Shown piece after piece: positions 11,411 to 21,553 of a stretch of 64,000 nucleotides of DNA. A program made the position numbers and the translations under genes. The notes beneath the pieces are model-generated. The model ran no database searches. It was not told where the DNA came from and saw nothing but the letters and a program-made list of their open reading frames with translations. This DNA is from Escherichia phage 132: sequence record MZ417521, one strand, 5' to 3'. The stretch's first letter is position 1. Every line of letters starts with the position of its first letter.

Positions 11411-12835
11411 TTATGGATAGGTATAGATGATACCAGTTTCTAAAGCAGTTTTATGAATGATGTATCCATTACGCGATTCTTGAACATCAACTTCTGGATA
11501 GTCTTTCATCATCTTCTGAAGAGTGTAACGATGCAAGTAGTATTTACTATCTGGATCTTCAGTTTTCCAATCTTTACCTTCTTCAGTCATTTTTTGGATT
11601 TCATCCATAACCCACCAACCGCACCAGATATAAGCTGAGCTACGATGTGGAAGAGGATGAACATAAGGTAATTCACCTTCTGGTTCCGGAGCAACTTTAT
11701 CAGTCACTTGAACTTGACCTGTGGCTTTAACTGTTTTACTATCATAGTCAGTTGCTGTAACGACAGCAGTAACTTCAATAGTTTGACTTCCAATAGATGA
11801 GGTATCAACAGTATATACGTTAGTTGACCCTTCCACAGGAGAAGAATCTTTCTTCCATGAGTAAGTAATTTGTGCTGCTTCAGGTGCGCCAGTAACATTA
11901 GCAGTAAATGTAGCCGAAGCATCTTGCTGAACATTAATAGAAGGAGGAGTCAATGTAACCTGTGGATTCATTGTCTTCTTATTAACTGTCAATGATACTT
12001 CATTGGAAGTAACTTCCTTTTCATTATAATTTTCTGCAGTTACTTGGGCTACGCATTTAATTCTTTTTACTCCACTTGTAGTTGGAGTATAGTTAAATGT
12101 AGAGTTAGTTTCTCCACCAACTTGTGAATCATCTACATACCACTGATACGTGGCAGACGCTCCATCAGGTTGAGAAGCTAAGGCAGCAGTAAATTGAACC
12201 GGGGTTCCAATTACTCCAGCAGCAGGACTATCAGGAGTTACTGCCAAGGTAGTTGTCTGCGTCTTTTTATTAACCGTCAATGATACTTCATTAGAAGTAA
12301 CGCTCAGTGCATCATAATCTGTCGCAGTTACTTGAGCTACACACTTAATTTTTTTAACTCCGCTTGTAGTAGGAGTATAATTGAATGTAGCAGAAGTTGC
12401 TTCGCTCACAGGAGAACCGTCAACGTACCATTGATACGTAGCAGATGCGCCCGATGGCTGTGAAGCTAAGGCAGCAGTAAATTCAACGGCTGTTCCGATT
12501 ACTCCTTCTGGAGGACTATTAGGAGTTACAGCTAAGGTAGTTGTCTGTGTCTTATTTTGAACTGTGATAGTTGTACTAATTTCAGCTGTTTCAGCTTCAG
12601 CTTCAGCTTCTGGAACTGTATTTGTTGCAACCACTTTAATAGTCTTTTGACCAGCAGGTCCTTTTAATACATAATTAAAGGTTGCTTCAGCTCCATCCTG
12701 TGGAACATTATCTACACTCCAAGCATATGTAATAGGTCCATCTCCAGTTTGACCACTGGGTGTAGCAGTAAACTGCTTGGTTTCATCAATAACCCCTGTT
12801 GGTGTTTTAGGAGTTATATCAACTGTAAAAGCCAT
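11411..12835 (-). CDS. hoc: Highly immunogenic outer capsid protein Hoc, with an extra internal Ig-like domain
   Basis: 474 aa; N- and C-terminal regions match T4 Hoc by recall; contains two near-identical tandem ~98-aa Ig-like modules. Confidence 0.9.
   Translation of the reverse strand: MAFTVDITPKTPTGVIDETKQFTATPSGQTGDGPITYAWSVDNVPQDGAEATFNYVLKGPAGQKTIKVVATNTVPEAEAEAETAEISTTITVQNKTQTTTLAVTPNSPPEGVIGTAVEFTAALASQPSGASATYQWYVDGSPVSEATSATFNYTPTTSGVKKIKCVAQVTATDYDALSVTSNEVSLTVNKKTQTTTLAVTPDSPAAGVIGTPVQFTAALASQPDGASATYQWYVDDSQVGGETNSTFNYTPTTSGVKRIKCVAQVTAENYNEKEVTSNEVSLTVNKKTMNPQVTLTPPSINVQQDASATFTANVTGAPEAAQITYSWKKDSSPVEGSTNVYTVDTSSIGSQTIEVTAVVTATDYDSKTVKATGQVQVTDKVAPEPEGELPYVHPLPHRSSAYIWCGWWVMDEIQKMTEEGKDWKTEDPDSKYYLHRYTLQKMMKDYPEVDVQESRNGYIIHKTALETGIIYTYP
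11969..12556 (-). repeat. Tandem in-frame duplication (2 x ~294 bp) encoding adjacent Ig-like domains of Hoc
   Basis: Two consecutive ~294-bp units with high nucleotide identity; protein copies both begin KTQTTTLAVTP and end VTSNEVSLTVNKK. Confidence 0.8.
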
Positions 12836-12844
12836 AAGTTATCC

Positions 12845-13525
12845 TTATTTTAATGTTACGAAAGAAGAGTTACGCGTTTCACGAATTAGAACTGATCCGT
12901 CACGGTTAATGTAGTAAATTAAGCTAAATAAAGTTTGGTGTGCCGACGCATGTTCAAAACTAGTTGGGTGAGATTTCCAATCCGGAGTTTCAGCAATCCA
13001 CTGGTAAATCCACCAAGGAACAGTGCAGAATCCTGGATTTTTTCCAATCAGCTGAAGATTCGGACTAAAGTTTTCCGGAAGAGTAAATACAGACGGCTTT
13101 TCAGATTCAATAATCTCAGCTACAGCCTGTTCGAATTTTTCTTCAACAAAAGGAGTATCTTCAATCAAAACATCGGTATTTTCAGGAATTTTATCCGTTT
13201 CTACTACTTCAATTTTAATGTCAGATTTAACCGGAGAATCAATCAGAAGTGCTGCTTCTGGATTGACTTCTTCATCGTCATATTTTAATCCCTCTGCGGC
13301 ATCAGCAGCATCAATTAAGTCTTTAATAGATAACCCATCAGTCTCTGGCATAGGTTCACTAGCGAGCTTCTGGAGGGCTTCTTCAATATCAATAACGATA
13401 TTATCAAAAGATTTATTCTTTTTGACCTTTATACCAAACTGTTCAGCATATTCAGCTAATTTAGCTTTAGCTTCTTTATTATCATCAAGAGCCTTCAGCT
13501 CTGCAATATAATCTTTATCTATCAT
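12845..13525 (-). CDS. inh: Inhibitor of prohead protease (Inh)
   Basis: 226 aa; T4 Inh length; position between hoc and uvsW. Confidence 0.85.
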   Translation of the reverse strand: MIDKDYIAELKALDDNKEAKAKLAEYAEQFGIKVKKNKSFDNIVIDIEEALQKLASEPMPETDGLSIKDLIDAADAAEGLKYDDEEVNPEAALLIDSPVKSDIKIEVVETDKIPENTDVLIEDTPFVEEKFEQAVAEIIESEKPSVFTLPENFSPNLQLIGKNPGFCTVPWWIYQWIAETPDWKSHPTSFEHASAHQTLFSLIYYINRDGSVLIRETRNSSFVTLK

Positions 13526-13538
13526 AATATTTCCTCAG

Positions 13539-13546
13539 TATAAATA
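13539..13546 (+). promoter_or_regulatory. Late promoter TATAAATA for uvsW
   Basis: Exact TATAAATA 30 nt upstream of ATG 13576. Confidence 0.55.
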
Positions 13547-13575
13547 TAGATATATTTATTACATGGTATTTAGAC

Positions 13576-15087
13576 ATGACTGACATTAAAGTACATTTTT
13601 ATGATTTTAGTCACGTGAGAATTGATTGTGAAGAAAGTACATTTCATGAACTCCGTGATTTCTTTAGCTTTGAAGCTGACGGGTATCGTTTTAATCCGAA
13701 ATACAAATATGGTCACTGGGATGGACGAATCCGTCTTTTAGATTATAATCGCCTTCTTCCATTCGGCTTAGTCGGGCAAATTAAAAAGTTCTGTGATAAT
13801 TTTGGCTATAAAGCCTGGATTGACCCACAAATTAATGAAAAAGAAGAATTATCAAGAAAAGATTTTGATGAATGGCTTTCTAAATTAGAAATCTATTCAG
13901 GAAATAAAAGAATTGAACCACACTGGTATCAAAAAGATGCAGTGTTCGAAGGATTAGTTAATCGTCGTAGAATTCTTAATCTTCCAACATCCGCAGGTAA
14001 ATCTTTAATTCAAGCTTTGCTTGCACGTTATTATTTGGAAAATTATGAAGGTAAAATTCTTATCATTGTTCCAACAACTGCTCTGACAACTCAGATGGCT
14101 GATGACTTTGTTGACTATCGTTTATTCAGTCATGCAATGATAAAGAAAATCGGTGGTGGAGCATCAAAAGATGATAAATATAAAAATGATGCACCGGTAA
14201 TTGTTGGTACATGGCAAACTGTAGTAAAACAACCAAAAGAATGGTTCTCACAGTTTGGAATGATGATGAATGATGAATGCCATCTTGCCACAGGAAAAAG
14301 TATTTCATCTATCATATCAGGTTTAAATAACTGCATGTTCAAATTCGGTCTATCAGGTTCATTACGTGATGGCAAAGCCAATATAATGCAGTATGTTGGA
14401 ATGTTTGGTGAAATATTTAAGCCAGTAACGACTTCTAAATTAATGGAAGATGGGCAAGTAACTGAGCTAAAAATTAATAGTATTTTTCTTCGCTATCCCG
14501 ATGAGTTCACTACTAAATTAAAGGGAAAAACTTACCAAGAAGAAATAAAAATTATTACTGGGCTCAGTAAAAGAAATAAATGGATCGCTAAATTAGCTAT
14601 TAAGCTTGCGCAAAAAGATGAAAACGCTTTTGTCATGTTTAAGCATGTATCACATGGTAAAGCTATTTTCGATTTAATTAAAAATGAATACGATAAAGTT
14701 TATTACGTATCAGGGGAAGTTGATACTGAAACACGCAATGTAATGAAAACCTTAGCTGAAAACGGTAAAGGAATAATTATAGTAGCTAGTTATGGTGTAT
14801 TTTCTACTGGTATTTCAGTTAAAAATCTGCATCACGTTGTTTTAGCGCACGGTGTTAAATCTAAAATTATTGTATTGCAAACAATAGGTCGCGTATTACG
14901 TAAGCATGGTTCTAAAACAATCGCAACGGTCTGGGACCTCATTGATGATTGCGGTGTTAAGCCAAAATCTGCTAATACGAAAAAGAAATATGTTCATTTG
15001 AACTATCTTTTAAAACACGGCATTGATCGTATTCAGCGCTACGCAGATGAAAAATTTAATTACGTAATGAAAACAGTTAATTTATAA
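13576..15087 (+). CDS. uvsW: UvsW SF2 DNA helicase
   Basis: 503 aa; Walker A-like PTSAGKS and DECH box; T4 UvsW sequence by recall. Confidence 0.95.
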   Translation: MTDIKVHFYDFSHVRIDCEESTFHELRDFFSFEADGYRFNPKYKYGHWDGRIRLLDYNRLLPFGLVGQIKKFCDNFGYKAWIDPQINEKEELSRKDFDEWLSKLEIYSGNKRIEPHWYQKDAVFEGLVNRRRILNLPTSAGKSLIQALLARYYLENYEGKILIIVPTTALTTQMADDFVDYRLFSHAMIKKIGGGASKDDKYKNDAPVIVGTWQTVVKQPKEWFSQFGMMMNDECHLATGKSISSIISGLNNCMFKFGLSGSLRDGKANIMQYVGMFGEIFKPVTTSKLMEDGQVTELKINSIFLRYPDEFTTKLKGKTYQEEIKIITGLSKRNKWIAKLAIKLAQKDENAFVMFKHVSHGKAIFDLIKNEYDKVYYVSGEVDTETRNVMKTLAENGKGIIIVASYGVFSTGISVKNLHHVVLAHGVKSKIIVLQTIGRVLRKHGSKTIATVWDLIDDCGVKPKSANTKKKYVHLNYLLKHGIDRIQRYADEKFNYVMKTVNL

Positions 15088-15099
15088 GGGCTTCGGCCC
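15088..15099 (+). terminator. GGGC-UUCG-GCCC hairpin after uvsW
   Basis: Short GC stem with UUCG loop; may be an RNA stability element since uvsW.1 follows. Confidence 0.35.
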
Positions 15100-15100
15100 T

Positions 15101-15343
15101 TTGGAGAAAAAGATGTTACTAGAATTTAAACAATTTCTTTATGAAGCTTCTATTGATGAATTTATGGGTAAAATTGCCTCTTGCCAAACATTAGAAGGTC
15201 TAGAAGAACTTGAAGCTTATTATAAGAAAAGAGTTAAAGAAACTGAATTAAAAGATACTGATGACATCTCCGTGAGAGATGCTTTGGCAGGAAAAAGAGC
15301 TGAATTAGAAGATTCAGACGATGAAGTAGAAGAAAGCTTTTAA
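15101..15343 (+). CDS. uvsW.1: UvsW.1 small acidic protein
   Basis: 80-aa ORF immediately downstream of uvsW. Confidence 0.75.
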   Translation: MEKKMLLEFKQFLYEASIDEFMGKIASCQTLEGLEELEAYYKKRVKETELKDTDDISVRDALAGKRAELEDSDDEVEESF

Positions 15344-15398
15344 ATTAAAAAAGGCCCAACCAAAAAGGAAGGGCCAAAACTATAGACTAAAGGTCACA

Positions 15399-15566
15399 CT
15401 ATAGCAAAAGTTGTGTTTCATTTAATTGTTCTTCCGAACTTTCTGAAACTGGTAGTTCTTTAATGTAATTATAGCAAGGCCCAGGATGTACAGGACCTTT
15501 GTCTGTTTCAACAACCAATGCAGAATCGATTGGAGTTTTACAGACAACACAAATCTTATCTGACAT
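15399..15566 (-). CDS. Small Cys-containing protein (T4 uvsY.-2-like position), not in supplied ORF track
   Basis: Hand-translated 55 codons MSDKICVVCKTPIDSALVVETDKGPVHPGPCYNY..., stop TAG at 15399-15401; below the 60-aa track cutoff. Confidence 0.5.
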   Translation of the reverse strand: MSDKICVVCKTPIDSALVVETDKGPVHPGPCYNYIKELPVSESSEEQLNETQLLL

Positions 15567-15591
15567 GATTGTCTCCTCTAAATTATATATC

Positions 15592-15599
15592 TATTTATA
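15592..15599 (-). promoter_or_regulatory. Late-promoter-like TATAAATA on minus strand upstream of the small ORF at 15566
   Basis: Plus-strand TATTTATA equals TATAAATA on minus strand, 26 nt upstream of ATG. Confidence 0.35.
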
Positions 15600-15819
15600 T
15601 AACTCTCATATGCATATCAATGCCCATATCTTTAGAATAAAAATATTCATCAAGATATCCGGCAAATTTTCCTTTAATATAAAGTACATCTTCACCGCAT
15701 GGGTGGTCAGCCAGGATACGAATATCCTGACGCTTGAGATTATACTTTTTCATTAAGAATTGAATTTCCGTTTCGAATTCTTCTTCATAATTAAAAGCAT
15801 CATCAATGCTATATTTCAT
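15595..15819 (-). CDS. Hypothetical protein (T4 uvsY.-1-like position)
   Basis: 74-aa ORF immediately downstream of uvsY, overlapping its stop. Confidence 0.65.
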   Translation of the reverse strand: MKYSIDDAFNYEEEFETEIQFLMKKYNLKRQDIRILADHPCGEDVLYIKGKFAGYLDEYFYSKDMGIDMHMRVI

Positions 15820-16232
15820 TATTTTCCAGCCTCAAATGCTCGCATGTCTTGAATATGCTTAATAGCAAATCCACGTGATTTAATAGCATCAAGAGCTCCG
15901 CTACAGAAATCCAATAAAATTCCCCAATATTGTAATGAAGTATCAACTTTTAAAACATCCTTATCAGCTGATAGAACTGTCTTCATTTCTGATTTTTCAT
16001 AACGATCCATACTAAATTCATCACCATCTCCTCGTCCCGAGTAGTAGTCTAATTTAGCTTTAAGAGCAACTTTTTTCTGTGCGTCAATTCTAAGCATTTC
16101 CTTTTTAATACTTGAATGCTTATTAAGCCATTTACTATATAACATCACATTATTAGCTGCTTCATACTGTAATTTAGTCGAATCTATAAACACATCTTTC
16201 TTCAATTCTTCTTGAAGATCTTCTAATTTCAT
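15819..16232 (-). CDS. uvsY: UvsY recombination mediator protein
   Basis: 137 aa; matches T4 UvsY by recall. Confidence 0.93.
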   Translation of the reverse strand: MKLEDLQEELKKDVFIDSTKLQYEAANNVMLYSKWLNKHSSIKKEMLRIDAQKKVALKAKLDYYSGRGDGDEFSMDRYEKSEMKTVLSADKDVLKVDTSLQYWGILLDFCSGALDAIKSRGFAIKHIQDMRAFEAGK

Positions 16233-16298
16233 ATTGTTCTCTATTCAATTGTTATTGGATGGACTTAGATTCATTATACCACGTTTATACGTGAAGCA

Positions 16299-16697
16299 TT
16301 ATACTCTATTACTGGAAGCCAGTTGCAGTTTTATCTGCTCAATATCATCAGGGTTATCGATGACCGAAAAGCGTATTTCTACTATCAGAGTATAATCATC
16401 ATAAACTGGTATTACATTAACTGCTAATTTATCAATACGCGGCTCGTAGTTTCTTACTGCGCTTTCGATGTTACGCTCAACTGTATCAGCAGTAAGAGGA
16501 GTCATATTCTCAAAAAGTTGATCAGATAAATCGCATCCAAATTCTGGGTCAAACGGTCTCGACCCTTTTCTGGTTGTGATAATTCCCAAAAGGCTATTTT
16601 TAATTGACCTTAATCCAAGAGATCTAGAAACATCTTTGTCCCAATCCATTTTCATTTCTGGGTCAATGTCAGAATAAAGCTTATTAATATTTGCCAT
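16299..16697 (-). CDS. 25: Baseplate wedge protein gp25
   Basis: 132 aa; T4 gp25 length and synteny. Confidence 0.9.
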   Translation of the reverse strand: MANINKLYSDIDPEMKMDWDKDVSRSLGLRSIKNSLLGIITTRKGSRPFDPEFGCDLSDQLFENMTPLTADTVERNIESAVRNYEPRIDKLAVNVIPVYDDYTLIVEIRFSVIDNPDDIEQIKLQLASSNRV

Positions 16698-17323
16698 TAC
16701 AATAGCTCAAAGAATTCTTTGAGTCCTCTTATTACATGAGCGTGAGTTTTTCCACACTCTGGACACTTAATTGGAACAGCCAAATAAACAGTAGGCTTTA
16801 AAAGCATATCTTTTATAGCTACAATATCTGACTCTGTGATGATAGAATATAAATCTTCCAGTTCCTTTTCATTTAAATCTTCAACTGGAATGCTTTCCCC
16901 GTTAGCATGAATCGTTTCTATGCATGATACTATCATGTGGGCTATATTTTTATCATCAAAAATTTTAGGGTAATGGAACTTAATTTTAATGTCACCCAGT
17001 GTATACCAGAGGTCTTCTGGTGCATCTATTTGTGTATGTAATAGATTTATATGGGTTGGTATTTCAGTTCCACAGGTGCATTTCCAGGAGTTTTCGTGAT
17101 TAACTTCTCCAAGAGAATGCGCCCATAAATGAATCAGCAGTAGTTCTGATTCTTGGCGGTTTAAATCTTTTGCATTTGTGCAGTCTTTGATTAGCTTTTT
17201 AACAATTTCTTCGACTGAACCGTTCTTTTTAGCAGTAATAAGTTCTAGATATTCTTTAAGAGTAAATGCGCGACAGTTGATTATTTTAGAACCAACTCTC
17301 ACGTCAAATTTGTATTCATACAT
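16697..17323 (-). CDS. 26: Baseplate hub protein gp26
   Basis: 208 aa; synteny with divergent gene 51. Confidence 0.88.
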   Translation of the reverse strand: MYEYKFDVRVGSKIINCRAFTLKEYLELITAKKNGSVEEIVKKLIKDCTNAKDLNRQESELLLIHLWAHSLGEVNHENSWKCTCGTEIPTHINLLHTQIDAPEDLWYTLGDIKIKFHYPKIFDDKNIAHMIVSCIETIHANGESIPVEDLNEKELEDLYSIITESDIVAIKDMLLKPTVYLAVPIKCPECGKTHAHVIRGLKEFFELL

Positions 17324-17344
17324 ATTTAGCTCCTTTATTTATCA

Positions 17345-17356
17345 TATTTATAAATA
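17345..17356. promoter_or_regulatory. Overlapping divergent late promoters (palindromic TATTTATAAATA) for gene 26 (minus) and gene 51 (plus)
   Basis: TATAAATA at 17349-17356 on plus strand and at 17345-17352 on minus strand, within the 50-bp divergent intergenic region. Confidence 0.55.
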
Positions 17357-17373
17357 GAATAAAAGGAGCATCT

Positions 17374-18123
17374 ATGGCAAACATTATTCGTTGTAAATTA
17401 CCAGATGGTGTTCATCGTTTTAAACCATTTACGGTAGAAGATTATCGAGATTTTTTGTTAGTTCGAAACGATATAGAACATCGGTCACCACAAGAACAAA
17501 AAGAAATAATTGCTGATTTAATTGCCGATTATTTTGGAGACTATCCGAAGACTTGGCAACCATTTATATTTTTGCAGGTATTTGTAGGGTCAATAGGTAA
17601 AACTAAAGTACCGGTCACATTTGTATGTCCAAAATGTAAAAAAGAAAAGACAGTTCCATTTGAAATATATCAAAAAGAATTAAAGGAACCTGTTTTTGAT
17701 GTAGCTAATGTTAAAATTAAATTAAAGTTTCCTTCTGAGTTTTATGAAAATAAAGCAAAGATGATTACTGAAAATATTCATTCTGTTCAAGTAGATGAAA
17801 CATGGTATGATTGGAAGGAAATTAGTGAATCAAGTCAAATAGAACTTGTTGATGCCATCGAGATAGAAACATTAGAAAAAATTCTCGATGCAATGAATCC
17901 TATTAATTTAACGCTACATATGTCCTGCTGTGATAAGTATGTAAAAAAATACACTGATATAGTAGATGTGTTTAAGCTATTAGTTAACCCAGATGAGATA
18001 TTTACTTTTTATCAAATTAATCACACACTTGTAAAAAGTAATTATAGCTTAAATTCAATAATGAAAATGATTCCTGCCGAGCGCGGATTCGTATTAAAAC
18101 TGATTGAGAAGGATAAACAATAA
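17374..18123 (+). CDS. 51: Baseplate hub assembly catalyst gp51
   Basis: 249 aa; T4 gp51 length and synteny. Confidence 0.88.
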   Translation: MANIIRCKLPDGVHRFKPFTVEDYRDFLLVRNDIEHRSPQEQKEIIADLIADYFGDYPKTWQPFIFLQVFVGSIGKTKVPVTFVCPKCKKEKTVPFEIYQKELKEPVFDVANVKIKLKFPSEFYENKAKMITENIHSVQVDETWYDWKEISESSQIELVDAIEIETLEKILDAMNPINLTLHMSCCDKYVKKYTDIVDVFKLLVNPDEIFTFYQINHTLVKSNYSLNSIMKMIPAERGFVLKLIEKDKQ

Positions 18124-19298
18124 TGAGTATGTTGCAACGCCCTGGATATCCAAATCTCAGCGTTAAATTATTTGATAGCTACGACGCTTGGAGTAATAAT
18201 AGATTTGTTGAATTAGCTGCTACTATTACCACATTAACTATGCGGGATTCTCTTTATGGCCGAAATGAAGGAATGCTGCAGTTTTATGATTCTAAAAACA
18301 TCCATACAAAAATGGATGGAAATGAAATAATTCAGATTTCTGTAGCTAATGCAAACGATATTAATAATGTTAAAACAAGAATTTATGGATGTAAGCATTT
18401 TTCTGTGTCAGTAGATTCAAAGGGTGATAACATCATTGCTATTGAATTGGGAACTATTCATTCTATAGAAAATCTTAAATTTGGCAGACCGTTTTTCCCT
18501 GATGCAGGTGAATCTATAAAGGAAATGCTTGGCGTCATTTATCAAGACCGCACATTATTAACTCCAGCAATAAATGCTATAAATGCTTATGTTCCTGATA
18601 TTCCGTGGACTAGTACATTTGAAAACTATTTGTCATATGTCAGAGAAGTTGCTCTAGCTGTAGGAAGTGACAAATTTGTATTTGTATGGCAAGACATCAT
18701 GGGAGTTAACATGATGGACTATGATATGATGATAAATCAAGAACCATACCCAATGATTGTCGGTGAGCCATCTTTAATAGGTCAATTCATCCAAGAATTA
18801 AAATATCCATTAGCATATGATTTTGTTTGGTTGACTAAATCGAATCCTCACAAACGTGACCCAATGAAAAACGCTACTATCTATGCTCATTCATTTTTAG
18901 ATTCTTCATTGCCAATGATTACTACAGGAAAGGGCGAAAACTCTATTGTAGTGTCAAGGTCAGGTGCTTATTCTGAAATGACTTATAGGAATGGATATGA
19001 AGAAGCTATTCGTCTTCAAACTATGGCGCAATACGATGGCTATGCTAAATGTTCTACTGTCGGTAATTTTAACTTGACACCTGGCGTTAAAATTATTTTT
19101 AATGATAGTAAAAACCAATTTAAAACAGAATTTTACGTTGATGAAGTTATCCACGAATTATCCAATAATAATTCAGTAACTCATCTATATATGTTCACTA
19201 ATGCAACGAAACTGGAAACAATAGACCCAGTTAAGGTTAAAAATGAATTTAAATCTGATACTACCACTGAAGAAAGTAGTTCTTCCAATAAGCAATAA
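18123..19298 (+). CDS. 27: Baseplate hub protein gp27
   Basis: 391 aa; synteny. Confidence 0.92.
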   Translation: MSMLQRPGYPNLSVKLFDSYDAWSNNRFVELAATITTLTMRDSLYGRNEGMLQFYDSKNIHTKMDGNEIIQISVANANDINNVKTRIYGCKHFSVSVDSKGDNIIAIELGTIHSIENLKFGRPFFPDAGESIKEMLGVIYQDRTLLTPAINAINAYVPDIPWTSTFENYLSYVREVALAVGSDKFVFVWQDIMGVNMMDYDMMINQEPYPMIVGEPSLIGQFIQELKYPLAYDFVWLTKSNPHKRDPMKNATIYAHSFLDSSLPMITTGKGENSIVVSRSGAYSEMTYRNGYEEAIRLQTMAQYDGYAKCSTVGNFNLTPGVKIIFNDSKNQFKTEFYVDEVIHELSNNNSVTHLYMFTNATKLETIDPVKVKNEFKSDTTTEESSSSNKQ

Positions 19299-19776
19299 AG
19301 AAGTTTCTATTCCTAAAATGGGTCTTAAACATTATAACATTTTAAAAGATGTTAAAGGTCCTGATGAAAATTTAAAACTTTTGATCGATTCTATTTGTCC
19401 GAATTTATCACCGGCAGAAGTTGATTTCGTTTCTATTCATTTATTGGAATTTAATGGAAAGATTAAATCTCGCAAAGAAATAGATGGTTATACTTATGAC
19501 ATTAATGATGTTTATGTATGCCAAAGATTGGAATTTCAATACCAAGGAAATACATTTTATTTTAGACCTCCTGGAAAATTTGAACAATTTTTAACGGTGA
19601 GCGATATGTTATCCAAGTGCTTACTTAAGGTCAATGATGAAGTTAAAGAAATTAATTTTCTTGAGATGCCAGCATTCGTTTTAAAATGGGCAAATGACAT
19701 TTTTACAACTTTAGCAATTCCTGGCCCTAATGGTCCAATAACCGGAATTGGCAATATTATTGGATTATTTGAATGA
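19243..19776 (+). CDS. 28: Baseplate hub distal subunit gp28
   Basis: 177 aa; overlaps 3' end of gene 27. Confidence 0.85.
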   Translation: MNLNLILPLKKVVLPISNKEVSIPKMGLKHYNILKDVKGPDENLKLLIDSICPNLSPAEVDFVSIHLLEFNGKIKSRKEIDGYTYDINDVYVCQRLEFQYQGNTFYFRPPGKFEQFLTVSDMLSKCLLKVNDEVKEINFLEMPAFVLKWANDIFTTLAIPGPNGPITGIGNIIGLFE

Positions 19777-21545
19777 AAAAGCCACAAGAAATGCAAACGA
19801 TGCGCAGAAAAGTTATTTCAGATAATAAACCAACACAGGAAGCGGCTAAATCCGCTTCTAACACTTTATCTGGACTTAACGATATATCTACGAAATTGGA
19901 TGATGCTCAAGCTGCTTCTGAATTAATTGCTCAAACTGTTGAAGAAAAATCGAATGAAATAATTGGAGCAATTGACAACGTAGAAAGCGCAGTAAGTGAT
20001 ACTACTGCTGGTTCTGAGTTAATTGCTGAAACTGTCGAAATTGGCAATAATATTAATAAAGAAATCGGTGAATCACTCGGGAGCAAATTAGATAAATTAA
20101 CGAGTTTACTAGAGCAAAAAATTCAGACAGCTGGAATTCAACAAACAGGAACCAGTTTAGCCACGGTTGAAAGTGCTATTCCTGTTAAAGTTGTTGAGGA
20201 CGATACAGCTGAATCTGTGGGTCCTTTATTACCGGCTCCTGAAGCAGTTAATAATAATCCTGATGCTGATTTTTTCCCTACCCCTCAGCCAGTTGAACCT
20301 AAACAAGAATCGCCAGAAGAAAAACAGAAAAAAGACGCATTTAACTTAAAATTATCTCAAGCTTTAGATAAATTAACAAAGACTGTTGATTTTGGATTTA
20401 AGAAATCCATTTCAATTACTGATAAAATATCAAGCATGTTATTTAAGTATACCGTCAGTGCTGCTATTGAAGCCGCTAAAATGACTGCAATGATATTGGC
20501 TGTTGTTGTTGGAATAGACCTGTTGATGGTTCATTTCAAATATTGGTCAGATAAATTTTCGCAGGCTTGGGATTTGTTTAGTACGGACTTTACTAAATTC
20601 TCTAGCGAAACCGGAACATGGGGTCCTTTATTACAGAGCATCTTTGGTTCTATTGATAAAATTAAACAGCTTTGGGAAGCTGGAGATTGGGGCGGATTGA
20701 CAGTAGCTATTGTAGAAGGGCTTGGAAAGGTTCTTTTTAATTTAGGAGAGCTTATTCAATTAGGTATGGCTAAATTATCTGCTGCAATTCTTCGAGTCAT
20801 TCCTGGCATGAAGGATACCGCTGATGAAGTAGAAGGAAGAGCACTAGAAAATTTCCAAAATACTACAAATGCTTCTCTTAACAAAGAAGACCAAGAAAAA
20901 GTTGCAAACTATCAATATAAAAGAATGAATGGAGAACTTGGTCCGATAGCAAAAGGACTAGACAAAATTGCGAACTGGAAAACTCGTGCATCTAACTGGA
21001 TTCGCGGTGTTGATAATAAAGAAGCACTAACGACTGATGAAGAGAGAGCAGATGAAGAAGAAAAATTAAAGCAACTTTCTCCGGAGGAAGCTAAAATTGC
21101 TTTAATGAAAGCTAATGAAGCTCGTGCTGCTATGAATCGTTTTGATGAATATGCTGATTCAGCTGATATGAGTAAAGACTCAACAGTTAAATCAGTTGAA
21201 GCTGCCTATGAAGACCTTAAAAAACGGATGGATGACCCGGATTTAAATAATTCGCCGGCAGTTAAAAAAGAACTTGCTGCTAGATTTTCTAAAATTGATG
21301 CTACTTATCAAGAGCTCAAGAAAAATCAGCCTAATGCCAAACCTGAAACTTCTGCTAAATCGCCAGAAGCAAAACAAGTCCAGGTAATAGAAAAGAACAA
21401 AGCACAGCAAGCTCCTGTTCAACAAGCATCTCCTTCGATCAATAATACTAATAATGTTATTAAGAAAAATACTGTCGTTCATAATATGACACCTGTTACG
21501 AGTACAACTGCTCCCGGTGTATTTGACGCGACTGGAGTTAATTAA
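19773..21545 (+). CDS. 29: Baseplate hub / tail length determinator gp29
   Basis: 590 aa; T4 gp29 length; synteny. Confidence 0.9.
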   Translation: MKKPQEMQTMRRKVISDNKPTQEAAKSASNTLSGLNDISTKLDDAQAASELIAQTVEEKSNEIIGAIDNVESAVSDTTAGSELIAETVEIGNNINKEIGESLGSKLDKLTSLLEQKIQTAGIQQTGTSLATVESAIPVKVVEDDTAESVGPLLPAPEAVNNNPDADFFPTPQPVEPKQESPEEKQKKDAFNLKLSQALDKLTKTVDFGFKKSISITDKISSMLFKYTVSAAIEAAKMTAMILAVVVGIDLLMVHFKYWSDKFSQAWDLFSTDFTKFSSETGTWGPLLQSIFGSIDKIKQLWEAGDWGGLTVAIVEGLGKVLFNLGELIQLGMAKLSAAILRVIPGMKDTADEVEGRALENFQNTTNASLNKEDQEKVANYQYKRMNGELGPIAKGLDKIANWKTRASNWIRGVDNKEALTTDEERADEEEKLKQLSPEEAKIALMKANEARAAMNRFDEYADSADMSKDSTVKSVEAAYEDLKKRMDDPDLNNSPAVKKELAARFSKIDATYQELKKNQPNAKPETSAKSPEAKQVQVIEKNKAQQAPVQQASPSINNTNNVIKKNTVVHNMTPVTSTTAPGVFDATGVN

Positions 21546-21553
21546 GGAATAAT

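Noticed and set aside
15353-15375. GGCCC...GGGCC inverted repeat after uvsW.1
   Set aside because: The loop is 13 nt long, so a stable terminator hairpin is doubtful; not annotated as a feature
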